A stretch of 64,000 bases of DNA from Sphingobacteriaceae bacterium (GCA_024645045.1 JAHEGO010000001.1:73600-137599); one strand, 5' to 3'; numbered from the stretch's first letter, positions 18,362 through 27,678 are shown. Program-made: numbers and translations. Notes: a model not told the origin generated them from the sequence alone.

Positions 18362-20170
18362 ATGCAAAAAGTTAGAAATATCGCTATTATTGCCCATGTC
18401 GATCACGGGAAAACAACACTGGTAGATAAAATTTTACATCAGACCAATTTATTTAGAGATAACCAAGAAACAGGTGATCTAATCCTAGATAACAACGATT
18501 TAGAACGTGAAAGAGGAATCACCATTGTATCTAAAAACGTTTCAGTTCAATACAAAGACTATAAAATCAACATTATAGACACACCAGGTCACGCCGACTT
18601 TGGCGGTGAAGTTGAACGTGTATTGAAAATGGCTGATGGGGTGTTGTTATTGGTAGATGCATTTGAAGGTGCCATGCCTCAAACAAGATTTGTAACCCAA
18701 AAAGCCCTTTCATTAGGATTAAAGCCTATTGTAGTTATTAATAAAGTAGATAAAGAAAACTGTCGCCCAGAAGAAGTGCAAGAATCGGTTTTCGAGCTGT
18801 TCTTTAACTTAGAAGCAACAGAAGAGCAATTGGACTTCCCAACGCTTTATGGTTCGTCAAAACAAGGCTGGATGAGCAAAGATTATACAGCACCAACTGA
18901 AGACATAACTCCATTATTGGATGCCGTTTTGGAGTTTATTCCAGAGCCACCAGATAATCCAGGAACGCTACAAATGCAAATTACCTCATTAGATTATTCT
19001 TCTTTTGTTGGTAGGATTGCAATTGGCCGTGTTGCGCGTGGAACAATCAAAGAAAACATGCCAGTATCTTTAATGAAGAAAGATGGTAAGGTTGTAAAAT
19101 CTAGAATTAAAGAACTATATACTTTTGTTGGCTTAGGCAAAGTAAGAGTAGAAGAAGTTCACAATGGTGATATTTGTGCAGTAGTAGGTATTGAAGGTTT
19201 TGAAATCGGAGATACCATTGCCGATTTCGAAAATCCAGAGGCATTGGCTGTTATTAAAATTGACGAGCCAACCATGAACATGTTGTTCACAATTAACAAC
19301 TCTCCATTTTTTGGAAAAGAAGGCAAGTTTGTAACCTCTCGCCATCTTCGTGATCGTTTGATGAAAGAGATGGAGAAAAACTTAGCATTAAGAGTAGAAG
19401 AAACAGCATCTCCAGATTCATTATTAGTATACGGTCGTGGTATTTTGCATTTATCGGTTTTAATTGAAACCATGCGTCGTGAAGGTTATGAATTACAAGT
19501 AGGCCAACCACAGGTTATCATCAAAGAAATAGATGGTAAGAAATGTGAGCCAATTGAATCACTTATCGTAGATGTACCTGCTGAAGTTTCAGGAAAAGTA
19601 ATTGAATTAGTTACCCAAAGAAAAGGTGACTTATTAGTAATGGAACCAAAAGGTGATTTACAACATTTAGAATTCGAAATACCTGCAAGGGGAATCATCG
19701 GATTAAGAAATAACGTGTTAACTGCAACTGCTGGAGAAGCTATTATGGCTCACCGTTTCAAGTCATACGAACCTTGGAAAGGCGATATTCCACAAAGATC
19801 ATCAGGGGTATTAATTTCTATGGATAAAGGAGCTGCAACAGCTTACCGTATTGACAAATTACAAGATCGCGGAAGATTTTTTGTTAATCCAGGAGAAGAA
19901 GTTTATCAAGGAATGATCATCGGCGAAAACAGTAGAGATTCCGACATGACAGTAAATATTACGGAAGGTAAGCAATTAACCAACTTCCGTACTACGAGTA
20001 AAGATGACGCAACACGTATTGCGCCAGCAACTAAATTCTCGTTAGAAGAAGCTATGGAATATATTCAGTGGGATGAATACGTTGAGATTACACCGGTTTC
20101 TATGCGCTTACGTAAAATTTATTTAACGGAGCAAGAGCGTACAAATGCTAAAAAGAAATCAGGTAATTAA
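18362..20170 (+). CDS. typA: translational GTPase TypA/BipA
   Basis: 602 aa with GTPase motifs AHVDHGKTT, DTPGHADF and NKVD, plus an EF-G-like domain order. Confidence 0.95.
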   Translation: MQKVRNIAIIAHVDHGKTTLVDKILHQTNLFRDNQETGDLILDNNDLERERGITIVSKNVSVQYKDYKINIIDTPGHADFGGEVERVLKMADGVLLLVDAFEGAMPQTRFVTQKALSLGLKPIVVINKVDKENCRPEEVQESVFELFFNLEATEEQLDFPTLYGSSKQGWMSKDYTAPTEDITPLLDAVLEFIPEPPDNPGTLQMQITSLDYSSFVGRIAIGRVARGTIKENMPVSLMKKDGKVVKSRIKELYTFVGLGKVRVEEVHNGDICAVVGIEGFEIGDTIADFENPEALAVIKIDEPTMNMLFTINNSPFFGKEGKFVTSRHLRDRLMKEMEKNLALRVEETASPDSLLVYGRGILHLSVLIETMRREGYELQVGQPQVIIKEIDGKKCEPIESLIVDVPAEVSGKVIELVTQRKGDLLVMEPKGDLQHLEFEIPARGIIGLRNNVLTATAGEAIMAHRFKSYEPWKGDIPQRSSGVLISMDKGAATAYRIDKLQDRGRFFVNPGEEVYQGMIIGENSRDSDMTVNITEGKQLTNFRTTSKDDATRIAPATKFSLEEAMEYIQWDEYVEITPVSMRLRKIYLTEQERTNAKKKSGN

Positions 20171-20191
20171 TTTACGATAAACAATTTTTTT

Positions 20192-20224
20192 AAGCGATAC
20201 GGCTATGGCTGTATCGCTTTTTTT
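20192..20224 (+). terminator. rho-independent terminator after typA
   Basis: 9-bp stem AAGCGATAC/GTATCGCTT (20192-20200 and 20211-20219) with a 10-nt loop, followed by a T-run. Confidence 0.8.
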
Positions 20225-20226
20225 AT

Positions 20227-20234
20227 TATGTTTG
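20227..20234 (+). promoter_or_regulatory. candidate -7 promoter box (TATGTTTG) for murF
   Basis: Exact TAnnTTTG match lying between the typA terminator and the murF ATG at 20265. Confidence 0.45.
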
Positions 20235-20264
20235 ATTCGGTCTAGCACCTACAAACTAGTCATC

Positions 20265-21572
20265 ATGAAAGCAAGCACAGCATTACTTTACGAAAAGTAT
20301 TTACAGTATCCTTTGGTTGTAACAGATACCAGGGCAGTTAAAGAAAACTCCATCTTCTTTGCATTAAAAGGTGCAAACTTTAACGGAAATGAATTTGCTG
20401 CGCAAGCACTTGCTACCGGCGCAAAGTATGCAGTGGTCGATCAACCAGAAGTGGCCATCAGCGAACAATACTTATTAGTAGATGATGTATTGAAAGCCAT
20501 GCAATCTTTAGCCAATCACCATCGTAGCCAATTACAATTTCCAGTTTTAGGTATCACAGGAAGTAACGGAAAAACCACTTCAAAAGAATTAATCAATGCG
20601 GTGCTTTCTAAAAAATACCAAACGTTGGCTACTACAGGCAACTTAAATAATCATATAGGCGTTCCATTAACTTTACTTTCTATTCAAGCTCATCACAATT
20701 TTGCAATAATAGAAATGGGTGCTAATCACCAATTAGAAATCAAAGAATTGTGTGAAATCGCTGAACCTAATTTCGGATTAATTTGCAATATAGGTAAAGC
20801 TCACCTCGAAGGCATGGGTGGCATTGAAGGAGTTAAGAAAACAAAAAAAGAATTGTATGATTTTCTTGAAATAAACAAAGGCTTAGTTTTTGTAAATGCA
20901 GACGATGACGTTACCTTGAACCTTTCTTCTCAATTAGAGAACAGGGTGTTTTTTGGAAATAAAGAAAACAGTTTGGTTGCTGGAGAAATTATTTCCCTTG
21001 CGCCATTTTTAAAAGTATCCATTACTTTTAAAAAGAATAACCAAAAACATGAACTTGCAACTCAATTAATAGGCGATTATAATTTAGCAAATATTTTAGC
21101 AGCAGCTGCAATTGGTGTTTATTTTGGTGTATCAGAAGCCGAAATCGTTGCTGCCATTGCAGCATATACACCTACCAACAACCGTTCACAGGCAATGCAA
21201 ACAGCAAACAATAAATTAATTATGGATGCTTATAATGCTAATCCTAGCAGTATGTTTGCAGCCATTAATAATTTTCATCTTTTGTCTACTGAAAATAAAT
21301 ACTTGATTCTTGGTGATATGTTTGAGTTGGGTAATGAAAGCGTTGCAGAGCACAAAGCAATTGTAAAGTTGGTATCAGAATTAAAATTCGAAAATGTAAT
21401 TTTTATCGGCAACGACTTTTTTGGTGCTAAAGAATTATACAAACAGTTTCATTTTTTTAAAACAACCGCAAATGCAATGGATTTTATTCAAGATAATAAA
21501 ATCATCAACCATACGGTGCTCGTGAAAGGTTCTAGGGGAATGAAGCTAGAAAGTTTAATGCCTTTATTATAG
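20265..21572 (+). CDS. murF: UDP-N-acetylmuramoyl-tripeptide--D-alanyl-D-alanine ligase
   Basis: Mur ligase P-loop GITGSNGKTTSKE and overall MurF-like sequence. The start is moved to MKASTALLYEKY because the track start at 20205 lies in the terminator loop. Confidence 0.9.
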   Translation: MKASTALLYEKYLQYPLVVTDTRAVKENSIFFALKGANFNGNEFAAQALATGAKYAVVDQPEVAISEQYLLVDDVLKAMQSLANHHRSQLQFPVLGITGSNGKTTSKELINAVLSKKYQTLATTGNLNNHIGVPLTLLSIQAHHNFAIIEMGANHQLEIKELCEIAEPNFGLICNIGKAHLEGMGGIEGVKKTKKELYDFLEINKGLVFVNADDDVTLNLSSQLENRVFFGNKENSLVAGEIISLAPFLKVSITFKKNNQKHELATQLIGDYNLANILAAAAIGVYFGVSEAEIVAAIAAYTPTNNRSQAMQTANNKLIMDAYNANPSSMFAAINNFHLLSTENKYLILGDMFELGNESVAEHKAIVKLVSELKFENVIFIGNDFFGAKELYKQFHFFKTTANAMDFIQDNKIINHTVLVKGSRGMKLESLMPLL

Positions 21573-21580
21573 TAAGCTAT

Positions 21581-22066
21581 TTACTTTGCAGGCTTTGGTC
21601 TTCCAGCTTTCATCATTCTAACAATATCTAAAAGAATGCTGTCAAATTTTTGTTTTTGACTACTATCACAAATTTCTTTTACTTGGCCAAAATGACGATA
21701 TGTTACCGACTCTATAGCAATCTGATTGGCTGCAATTTTATTCACTAAATCAGACGCTTGATCATTTATAGCTTTTTCTGATATGCTGTTCGCATGATTA
21801 CGTAAAAGTGAAAAATATTTTTCACGCAACATTTTTCCTTGTTCTCTTAATTGTTGAACACTGTCTTGATGTGTAAGTTTTAATTTTTCAAATGCAACAA
21901 TTTGCGAATCATTAAAATGCAACTCTTTTATAATAAAAGCCGCAGGGCCTCTATTTGTAGAACCTTGACCAGTTCTTTCTAATAAAATAAAAGAAAGTAT
22001 AAGCGTGTTGATAATCAACAAAGCGATTGCAAATATTTTCCAGAAGGGTAGTTTTTTGCTTTCCAT
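21581..22066 (-). CDS. membrane-anchored periplasmic helical protein (Spy/CpxP- or LTXXQ-like), third gene of the ECF module
   Basis: 161 aa with one N-terminal transmembrane helix, then a helical, Q/K/E-rich domain containing LKLTHQD. Confidence 0.45.
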   Translation of the reverse strand: MESKKLPFWKIFAIALLIINTLILSFILLERTGQGSTNRGPAAFIIKELHFNDSQIVAFEKLKLTHQDSVQQLREQGKMLREKYFSLLRNHANSISEKAINDQASDLVNKIAANQIAIESVTYRHFGQVKEICDSSQKQKFDSILLDIVRMMKAGRPKPAK

Positions 22067-22067
22067 T

Positions 22068-22349
22068 TTAATAGCTATAAATGGTTTGATTGTTTAGTTC
22101 AATATTTGTTTTAGATTGATGATAGCTTTTGTGTTTGTTAGTGTTTGCAAAAAGCACAGCAGTATTTAAACCAACTAATAGTATAAATGCAACACTCCAT
22201 TTTAGTGCTGTTTTATTATTAGACGCGGCTATTTCTTTTTGAACGAGTCGGTGCTTGATTTTTTGAAATAAAAACGGGTTAGGCGTGAGCTGATCTATTT
22301 GATCTGCCGATGCAAGTATTTGGTTTACCCATTGTTCTTTGTTTTTCAT
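22068..22349 (-). CDS. putative anti-sigma factor (small single-pass membrane protein)
   Basis: 93 aa with one central transmembrane helix (WSVAFILLVGLNTAVLFA), located immediately downstream of an ECF sigma gene. Confidence 0.45.
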   Translation of the reverse strand: MKNKEQWVNQILASADQIDQLTPNPFLFQKIKHRLVQKEIAASNNKTALKWSVAFILLVGLNTAVLFANTNKHKSYHQSKTNIELNNQTIYSY

Positions 22350-22366
22350 GCTAATTAGACGATACT

Positions 22367-22936
22367 TTAACGATTAACCTTCGATTTTAAATAAAACTTC
22401 CCTAAAATTATCCTTAATTTCTCTTTTGCCCTATGGTTCAATGATTCGACCGCTTTTTCAGAAATTTCCATAATTGCAGCCACTTCTTTTTGGCTCAATT
22501 TTTCAATTTGACATAAAACAAAAGCAGTTTTTTGGCTGATTTTGAGCAAATCAATGGCGTCCATTAAAATGCGATGCGCTTCTTTTTGTTCTAAAATTGT
22601 TCCTGGATGTAAATGATTGTGCGCATCATATACTTGTTTGCCTGTTTCTGGGTCAAATAATGAAGTGATAAATGCCAATCTTTTTTTACGTTTTTTGGCT
22701 TTAATATGATCTAAGCATTTGTTCACAGCAATTCTATGCACCCATGTGCTTATTTGCGCTTCTTCTTTGAATTGTGGAATAGCATAAAAAATATTGATAA
22801 AAACTTCTTGCGTAACATCTTCTGCATCGGCTATATTTTTTAACATAGCAAATGCAATATTGTACACTCTTTTATGGTGCAATTGAAAAATGTTTTCAAA
22901 AATTGATTCTTGCTTTTGCAATTTAATTTCGAGCAA
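22367..22936 (-). CDS. ECF-type RNA polymerase sigma-70 family factor
   Basis: 189 aa. Region 2-like segment is DAEDVTQEVFINIF...WVHRIAVNKCLD. Region 4 HTH-like segment is KLSQKEVAAIMEISEKAVESLNHRAKEKL. The start is TTG at 22936 (overlapping gldH by 14 nt) or TTG at 22921. Confidence 0.85.
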   Translation of the reverse strand: MLEIKLQKQESIFENIFQLHHKRVYNIAFAMLKNIADAEDVTQEVFINIFYAIPQFKEEAQISTWVHRIAVNKCLDHIKAKKRKKRLAFITSLFDPETGKQVYDAHNHLHPGTILEQKEAHRILMDAIDLLKISQKTAFVLCQIEKLSQKEVAAIMEISEKAVESLNHRAKEKLRIILGKFYLKSKVNR

Positions 22937-23381
22937 TTTTAATACCTACGTCCTCAATACCTTGAAGAGGGTTATCGCGCATATTTTGTTCGATGGTAAA
23001 TGAATAAACACCTTTTTTAGGAAATTTTAAAGACGGAATCATTTTCATTTGATTGCTGTAGATATCGCCTAGTCCGGATCCCAGCCATTTGCCATCTTTT
23101 TCAGCTAGCTTGAATTCAAAGCGTTGTGTTTCAGCTTTTGATTGAGGCCCTTGAATAGTTAGCAATACAAATAAATTAGCATAGGCATAATCGCCTGTGT
23201 TACGAACGTTAAAATAAATACTATGACTATTGATCGTGTCTTGTATATCAATATAAAATGTAGGGCGATTGTTTACACTCCAACTATTGTTTTCAAACGC
23301 AACATATGCGTCAAATATTTTAGACCTATTACAAGCACTAAAAATTAATAATATAGAAAGTAGAACAATCGCTCTTTTCAT
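22923..23381 (-). CDS. gldH: gliding motility lipoprotein GldH
   Basis: 152 aa with lipoprotein signal LLIFSAC. The sequence (FDAYVAFENNSWS..., YANLFVLLTIQGP) matches my memory of GldH. Confidence 0.75.
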   Translation of the reverse strand: MKRAIVLLSILLIFSACNRSKIFDAYVAFENNSWSVNNRPTFYIDIQDTINSHSIYFNVRNTGDYAYANLFVLLTIQGPQSKAETQRFEFKLAEKDGKWLGSGLGDIYSNQMKMIPSLKFPKKGVYSFTIEQNMRDNPLQGIEDVGIKIARN

Positions 23382-23383
23382 TT

Positions 23384-24697
23384 TTATTCTTTTGGTTTTT
23401 CGTTCGTTGATGGATTCGATGGTTTATTGTTTGGCCTGTTGTTTGCCTTATGTGGAGGCCTGTTATTATTTCTTGGGCCTGCCGCATTGTTGGGTTTATT
23501 GCCATTCGCAGCTTCGGTCGCTTGCGGCTCTTTTGGGCTAGCGTTTGTTGGCTTATTGCGATTTTTATTTCTGTTATTGTTGTTCTTTTTCTTTTTCTTA
23601 TTGCGTTCGTCCATGCGAGTCAAGCTATCTTGGCCAACCACATTGTCATAATCTAAAATACGCTCTACTAAAACAGGCTGAACAGTAACATTTGACAGTT
23701 CTTCAGGGAATTCACCATTTTTATTCATGGCCATAATTTCTTTAACTCTTACCGCTGGTAATGCTACCCAATTATCGGAACCGCGGTAACTAAACCACAT
23801 GATTTTTTTGAAAATATCAGTTTTTTGTAAATAAGCTGAACCGATTTTTGTTTTCAATTCTTTCACATCATCTGGAATGTCTTTCAATGCATCCATATAT
23901 GTGTCAAGCTCGAAATTTAAACAGCATTTTAATTTGCCGCATTGTCCGGCAAGTTTTAAGGTATTGAGTGAAAGGTTTTGATATCTTGCAGCAGCTGTAC
24001 TCACCGTTTTAAAATCGGTAAGCCAAGTTGAGCAACATAATTCTCTACCACATGAGCCTATAGCGCCTAGTCTGCTTGCTTCTTGACGCATACCTATTTG
24101 ACGCATTTCAATACGAACTTTAAATTCTTCTGCTAATTTTTTGATTAGCTCTCTAAAGTCAACACGATCGTCGGCGGTATAATAAAAAGTAGCTTTTGTT
24201 TTATCCCCTTGGTAATCGACATCGCTCAATTTCATATTTAGCTTTAATTGCAAGGCAATGGTTCTGGCCTTGTGCATGTTTTCATGCTCCAATTCTTTTG
24301 CTGCTTTCCATTTGTCTACATCTAAAGGGCTAGCCTTGCGATATATTTTTTTGATTTCTGAAGAGTCTGGTGAAACATGTCTTTTTTTCATCTGCAAGCG
24401 AACCATCTCTCCCGTCATCGTTACATGGCCCACATCGTAGCCGCCACTTCCCGATTCTACACATACCAATTCTCCTAGTTCAAGATATATTTGATCAACA
24501 TTGCGATAAAAATCTTTACGTGAGCCTTTAAATCTCACTTCGACAATATTAAATGGTTGGAAATTAGAAGGCATGTCAATATTGGCAAACCAATCGTACA
24601 CATCTAATTTACTGCAACCTCCATCCGTCATACAAGAACCATTGCTTTTACAACCAGCAGGCGCACAGCCTCCGGTTGAACATGATCCACATCCCAT
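23384..24697 (-). CDS. PSP1 domain protein (RicT/YaaT-like) with a Cys-rich N-terminus and an N/K/P-rich tail
   Basis: 437 aa. PSP1-type Cys motifs GSCGRELCCSTW and GQCGKLKCCLNFE. Located directly downstream of holB, as in Bacillus holB-yaaT. Confidence 0.8.
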   Translation of the reverse strand: MGCGSCSTGGCAPAGCKSNGSCMTDGGCSKLDVYDWFANIDMPSNFQPFNIVEVRFKGSRKDFYRNVDQIYLELGELVCVESGSGGYDVGHVTMTGEMVRLQMKKRHVSPDSSEIKKIYRKASPLDVDKWKAAKELEHENMHKARTIALQLKLNMKLSDVDYQGDKTKATFYYTADDRVDFRELIKKLAEEFKVRIEMRQIGMRQEASRLGAIGSCGRELCCSTWLTDFKTVSTAAARYQNLSLNTLKLAGQCGKLKCCLNFELDTYMDALKDIPDDVKELKTKIGSAYLQKTDIFKKIMWFSYRGSDNWVALPAVRVKEIMAMNKNGEFPEELSNVTVQPVLVERILDYDNVVGQDSLTRMDERNKKKKKNNNNRNKNRNKPTNASPKEPQATEAANGNKPNNAAGPRNNNRPPHKANNRPNNKPSNPSTNEKPKE

Positions 24698-24701
24698 AGT
24701 T

Positions 24702-25844
24702 TTATTCGTTTATTGTTAACTGCGAATTTACATTTTTCAATTGTAAATTTCTCATCATCTGAATGCTAAGGTCCAAAAACATGATTTTTGGGTTGGCATT
24801 GCGTTCAATGTGATAAACTGCCTTTTCAAAGTCTTTGATGAGTAATGGCGCATTTTCGAAATTAATAGCCCCTGCAAGCTTAGAAAGCTCAAAATGCTTA
24901 CTTTCAAACTTTACTATGCTATTGTTTTCTAAATTTACCATTAGGCAATCCCTGATTACTTGTAATCCAAATCTTATCAGATTTTTTTGATTTTCTCTGC
25001 CAAACTTCGCATTTGCTACTTGGTCTATCCAATCGTTTACTTCAATTCCTTTTCTAGCATAGCAAAGTCTAAACCATTGAATAAATAAACTTTCTAAATC
25101 GTCATCGTCTTCGGCGAGCAATTGTTGCGCAGCAGAAATATTTCCATTGGCTAAGTAGGCCACCCTGCCCGCTTTTTCTTGCGGACATCCATTTTCAATT
25201 AAATATGTTTTTAGCACATCGTCGCTCAATTTTGGAATTTTGATGAGTTGTGTTCTAGATAAAATGGTTGAAAGAATTTGGTCGTAGTTTTCGGCTATTA
25301 AAATAAATAGGGTTTTTGCAGGGGGTTCTTCAATTAACTTAAGGAGGGCATTTCCTGCAGCGCCTAAATATTCGGGCAACCAGATTAATATAATTTTATA
25401 TTCCGCTTCAAAAGATTTTAAAATAAGCTTCTGAATTATAGCATGACATTCTGCAATGTTGATATTGGGCTGTTTATTTTCCGCATCTAAATATTCCATC
25501 CATTGCGCTATGCCCATAAAAGGGTTCTCTGCAATGGCTTTGCGCCATTCCTTAATATAGCTTACAGCTGTCTCTGCCGAACCTTTTGAAATAAAAGGGT
25601 AGCTAAAATGTAAATCTGGATGTATGAGTTTTTGATACTTGGTGCAAGCGCTGCATTTTCCGCAAGAGTCATCTGCTTGTTTGTCTAAGCATGAAATATA
25701 TTGTGCATAAGCTAAAGCAAGCGCTAAACTACCACTACCTTCTGGTCCAAGAAATAATTGCGCATGACTTATGCGCGCTTCTTTTACAGAATTTATTAAT
25801 CTTTCTTTAACCGCTTGCTGCCCCGGAATATCTTTAAAAAACAT
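24702..25844 (-). CDS. holB: DNA polymerase III delta' subunit
   Basis: AAA+-like N-terminus (LFLGPEGSGSLALALAYAQY), zinc-module Cys cluster (CLDKQADDSCGKCSACTKY) and SRTQ sensor-like motif. The ATG at 25844 (MFFKDIPGQ) is preferred to the TTG at 25859. Confidence 0.85.
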   Translation of the reverse strand: MFFKDIPGQQAVKERLINSVKEARISHAQLFLGPEGSGSLALALAYAQYISCLDKQADDSCGKCSACTKYQKLIHPDLHFSYPFISKGSAETAVSYIKEWRKAIAENPFMGIAQWMEYLDAENKQPNINIAECHAIIQKLILKSFEAEYKIILIWLPEYLGAAGNALLKLIEEPPAKTLFILIAENYDQILSTILSRTQLIKIPKLSDDVLKTYLIENGCPQEKAGRVAYLANGNISAAQQLLAEDDDDLESLFIQWFRLCYARKGIEVNDWIDQVANAKFGRENQKNLIRFGLQVIRDCLMVNLENNSIVKFESKHFELSKLAGAINFENAPLLIKDFEKAVYHIERNANPKIMFLDLSIQMMRNLQLKNVNSQLTINE

Positions 25845-25856
25845 AGGGCAATTTAG

Positions 25857-25864
25857 CAAATTTA
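25857..25864 (-). promoter_or_regulatory. candidate -7 promoter box (TAAATTTG on the minus strand) for the holB operon
   Basis: The plus strand reads CAAATTTA, which is TAnnTTTG on the minus strand, ending 12 nt before the holB ATG at 25844. Confidence 0.5.
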
Positions 25865-25951
25865 GCCCGATAAGCCAATCGCATGAATCAATTTTTTAGA
25901 CAATCAATTTAAATATTATGAATAAAAAGTTTAATAATGTAGGAATGCGAT

Positions 25952-25959
25952 TATCTTTG
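25952..25959 (+). promoter_or_regulatory. candidate -7 promoter box (TATCTTTG) for ruvX
   Basis: Exact TAnnTTTG match ending 4 nt before the ATG at 25964 and 16 nt before the in-frame ATG at 25976. Confidence 0.5.
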
Positions 25960-25963
25960 CAAG

Positions 25964-26380
25964 ATGGGAAGATGGATGGCTTTTGACTATGGATTAAAAC
26001 GGACCGGAATTGCCATTACCGACCCGTTAAACATCATTGCTACAGGCTTAACAACCATCGCTAGTCAAGAACTCATCGATTACATCAAAACCTATTTAAC
26101 AAATGAACAGGTGGAATTATTTGTTGTGGGCGAACCTAAACAAATGAACAATGAGCCTTCGATGTCTGCGCAAATGACCAATGATTTTGTGCAAAAATTA
26201 AGTGCCACATTCCCTGCTATTCCAATTAAAAGAATAGACGAAAGGTTTACTTCAAAAATGGCATCGCAGATTATTGCGCAAAGTGGTAAATCAAAAAAAG
26301 ATAGAGAAAAAAAAGAACACATTGATTTAGTAAGCGCTATTATAATTTTACAGTCTTACATGGAATCAACCAACCATTAA
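25964..26380 (+). CDS. ruvX: Holliday junction resolvase-like RNase H-fold protein RuvX/YqgF
   Basis: 138 aa with the N-terminal motif AFDYGLKRTGIAI typical of YqgF. The real start may be the ATG at 25976. Confidence 0.85.
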   Translation: MGRWMAFDYGLKRTGIAITDPLNIIATGLTTIASQELIDYIKTYLTNEQVELFVVGEPKQMNNEPSMSAQMTNDFVQKLSATFPAIPIKRIDERFTSKMASQIIAQSGKSKKDREKKEHIDLVSAIIILQSYMESTNH

Positions 26381-26388
26381 TTTTTAAA

Positions 26389-26970
26389 ATGATATTACCA
26401 GTAATTGCTTTCGGCGACCCTGTATTAAGAAAAGTTGGTGTGGATATTTCTTCCGATTACCCACAGTTACCTACATTAATTTCTGACATGTTTGAAACTA
26501 TGTATCATGCGCATGGTGTAGGTTTGGCAGCTCCGCAAGTGGGCTTAGCTATACGCCTTTTTGTAATCGATGCTTCACCTTTCGACGAGGACGAAGAGGA
26601 CAAGCCTAAGCAATTAAATTTCAAAAAAGTATTTATCAACGCAGAAATATTAGAAGAGTCTGGCGCAGAGTGGTCTTTTTCTGAAGGATGTTTAAGTATT
26701 CCAGAAGTAAGAGAAGAAGTGTCTAGAAAATCAGTTATAAAAATTCGTTACCAAGACGAAAATTTTAAAACTTTTGAAGAAACCTACGACGGCATTTTAG
26801 CGCGCATTATTCAACACGAATACGATCATATTGAAGGAAAATTATTTGTAGATAAAATTTCTCCAATAAAGAAAAGATTGATAGTAAAGAAGCTGGATGC
26901 CATTACTAAAGGAATTATTCGTCCAGAGTATAAAATGAAATATCCTGCTCAAAAGAAGAGAAAAAACTAA
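26389..26970 (+). CDS. def: peptide deformylase
   Basis: The three deformylase motifs are present: GVGLAAPQVG, EGCLSIP and QHEYDHIEG. Confidence 0.95.
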   Translation: MILPVIAFGDPVLRKVGVDISSDYPQLPTLISDMFETMYHAHGVGLAAPQVGLAIRLFVIDASPFDEDEEDKPKQLNFKKVFINAEILEESGAEWSFSEGCLSIPEVREEVSRKSVIKIRYQDENFKTFEETYDGILARIIQHEYDHIEGKLFVDKISPIKKRLIVKKLDAITKGIIRPEYKMKYPAQKKRKN

Positions 26971-27617
26971 TCTTCTTTCTTCTCGTTTCTCAGGTTAATT
27001 TTCCCTTCGTTTAGGAGTTGAATAAATTGATTGATTTTTACTAAATCAAACAAAGGGTTATAGCGGTTTTGTCCAGCCCAATAGAGTTTTTCGCTACTTT
27101 GTTGGAAAAAGTATTTACTATTTTGTGAACCATCCCAAGCCATGGTATTCTTGAGTGTATTCATCACTCTTTCATCTAAATTTTTCTGTGCCAACATCAA
27201 GTCGTCGTCAGCTAATTTTAATTTCAAAAACGTTTGCTTGAATTGTTCAACAGTAGCAAATGGAAAAATATAAACCATTGGAATATTAAAGCTCTCTGGC
27301 TTTAATTTAAAGATTGCAGAAACCGAGTTGTTGATTAAATTATCTGGAATAATAATTTCTTGTTTTTTAAATCCTAAACAAGCAATACGAACAGTATCAC
27401 CAACACCAACTACTAAAGAAAAAAATCCACGAAAATCACTGAAGGTCCCTTTGTATCCTCTAGAAACATTGAAAACATTGACAAATGGAAGCGGCGCTAA
27501 ACTATCTGCATGAAGAATTACTCCAGAAAACTGTACTAACTTCTTTTCTTGCGCTTGACTATTTTGAATCGCAATTACAAACAAGAAAAGAAATAAATAA
27601 ATGGTAATTTTTTTCAA
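26967..27617 (-). CDS. secreted protein with a carboxypeptidase-regulatory-like (CarboxypepD_reg) N-terminal domain
   Basis: 216 aa with a signal peptide. The segment VQFSGVILHADSLAPLPFVNVF...GFFSLVVGVGDTVRIACLGFKKQEI resembles that beta-sandwich family. Confidence 0.5.
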   Translation of the reverse strand: MKKITIYLFLFLFVIAIQNSQAQEKKLVQFSGVILHADSLAPLPFVNVFNVSRGYKGTFSDFRGFFSLVVGVGDTVRIACLGFKKQEIIIPDNLINNSVSAIFKLKPESFNIPMVYIFPFATVEQFKQTFLKLKLADDDLMLAQKNLDERVMNTLKNTMAWDGSQNSKYFFQQSSEKLYWAGQNRYNPLFDLVKINQFIQLLNEGKINLRNEKKED

Positions 27618-27640
27618 AACAAGCAGTGCTATTATTAGAT

Positions 27641-27678
27641 TAAAACGAAAAGAGCGGTCATATCGTATGAACGCTCTT
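27641..27678 (-). terminator. rho-independent terminator after the NifU-like gene (minus strand)
   Basis: 12-bp stem with one mismatch (AAGAGCG-g-TCATA / TATGA-a-CGCTCTT, 27650-27678) and a 3-nt loop. The minus strand then reads TTTCGTTTTA. Confidence 0.65.

Noticed and set aside
18328-18375. 15-codon upstream ORF (MYLCGLKNFIINAKS) overlapping the typA start
   Set aside because: Its ATG lies upstream of and overlaps the putative -7 box, so it would not be on the transcript. Nothing else supports it.
20205-20264. 20-codon N-terminal extension of murF in the ORF track
   Set aside because: The ATG at 20205 sits in the loop of the typA terminator hairpin and upstream of the TATGTTTG box. The Mur ligase homology starts at MKAST (20265).
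23427-23656. Two overlapping plus-strand ORFs (74 and 68 aa) rich in F/L
   Set aside because: They are the complement of the N/K/P-rich low-complexity tail of the RicT-like gene. They are an artefact of the A-rich repeat.
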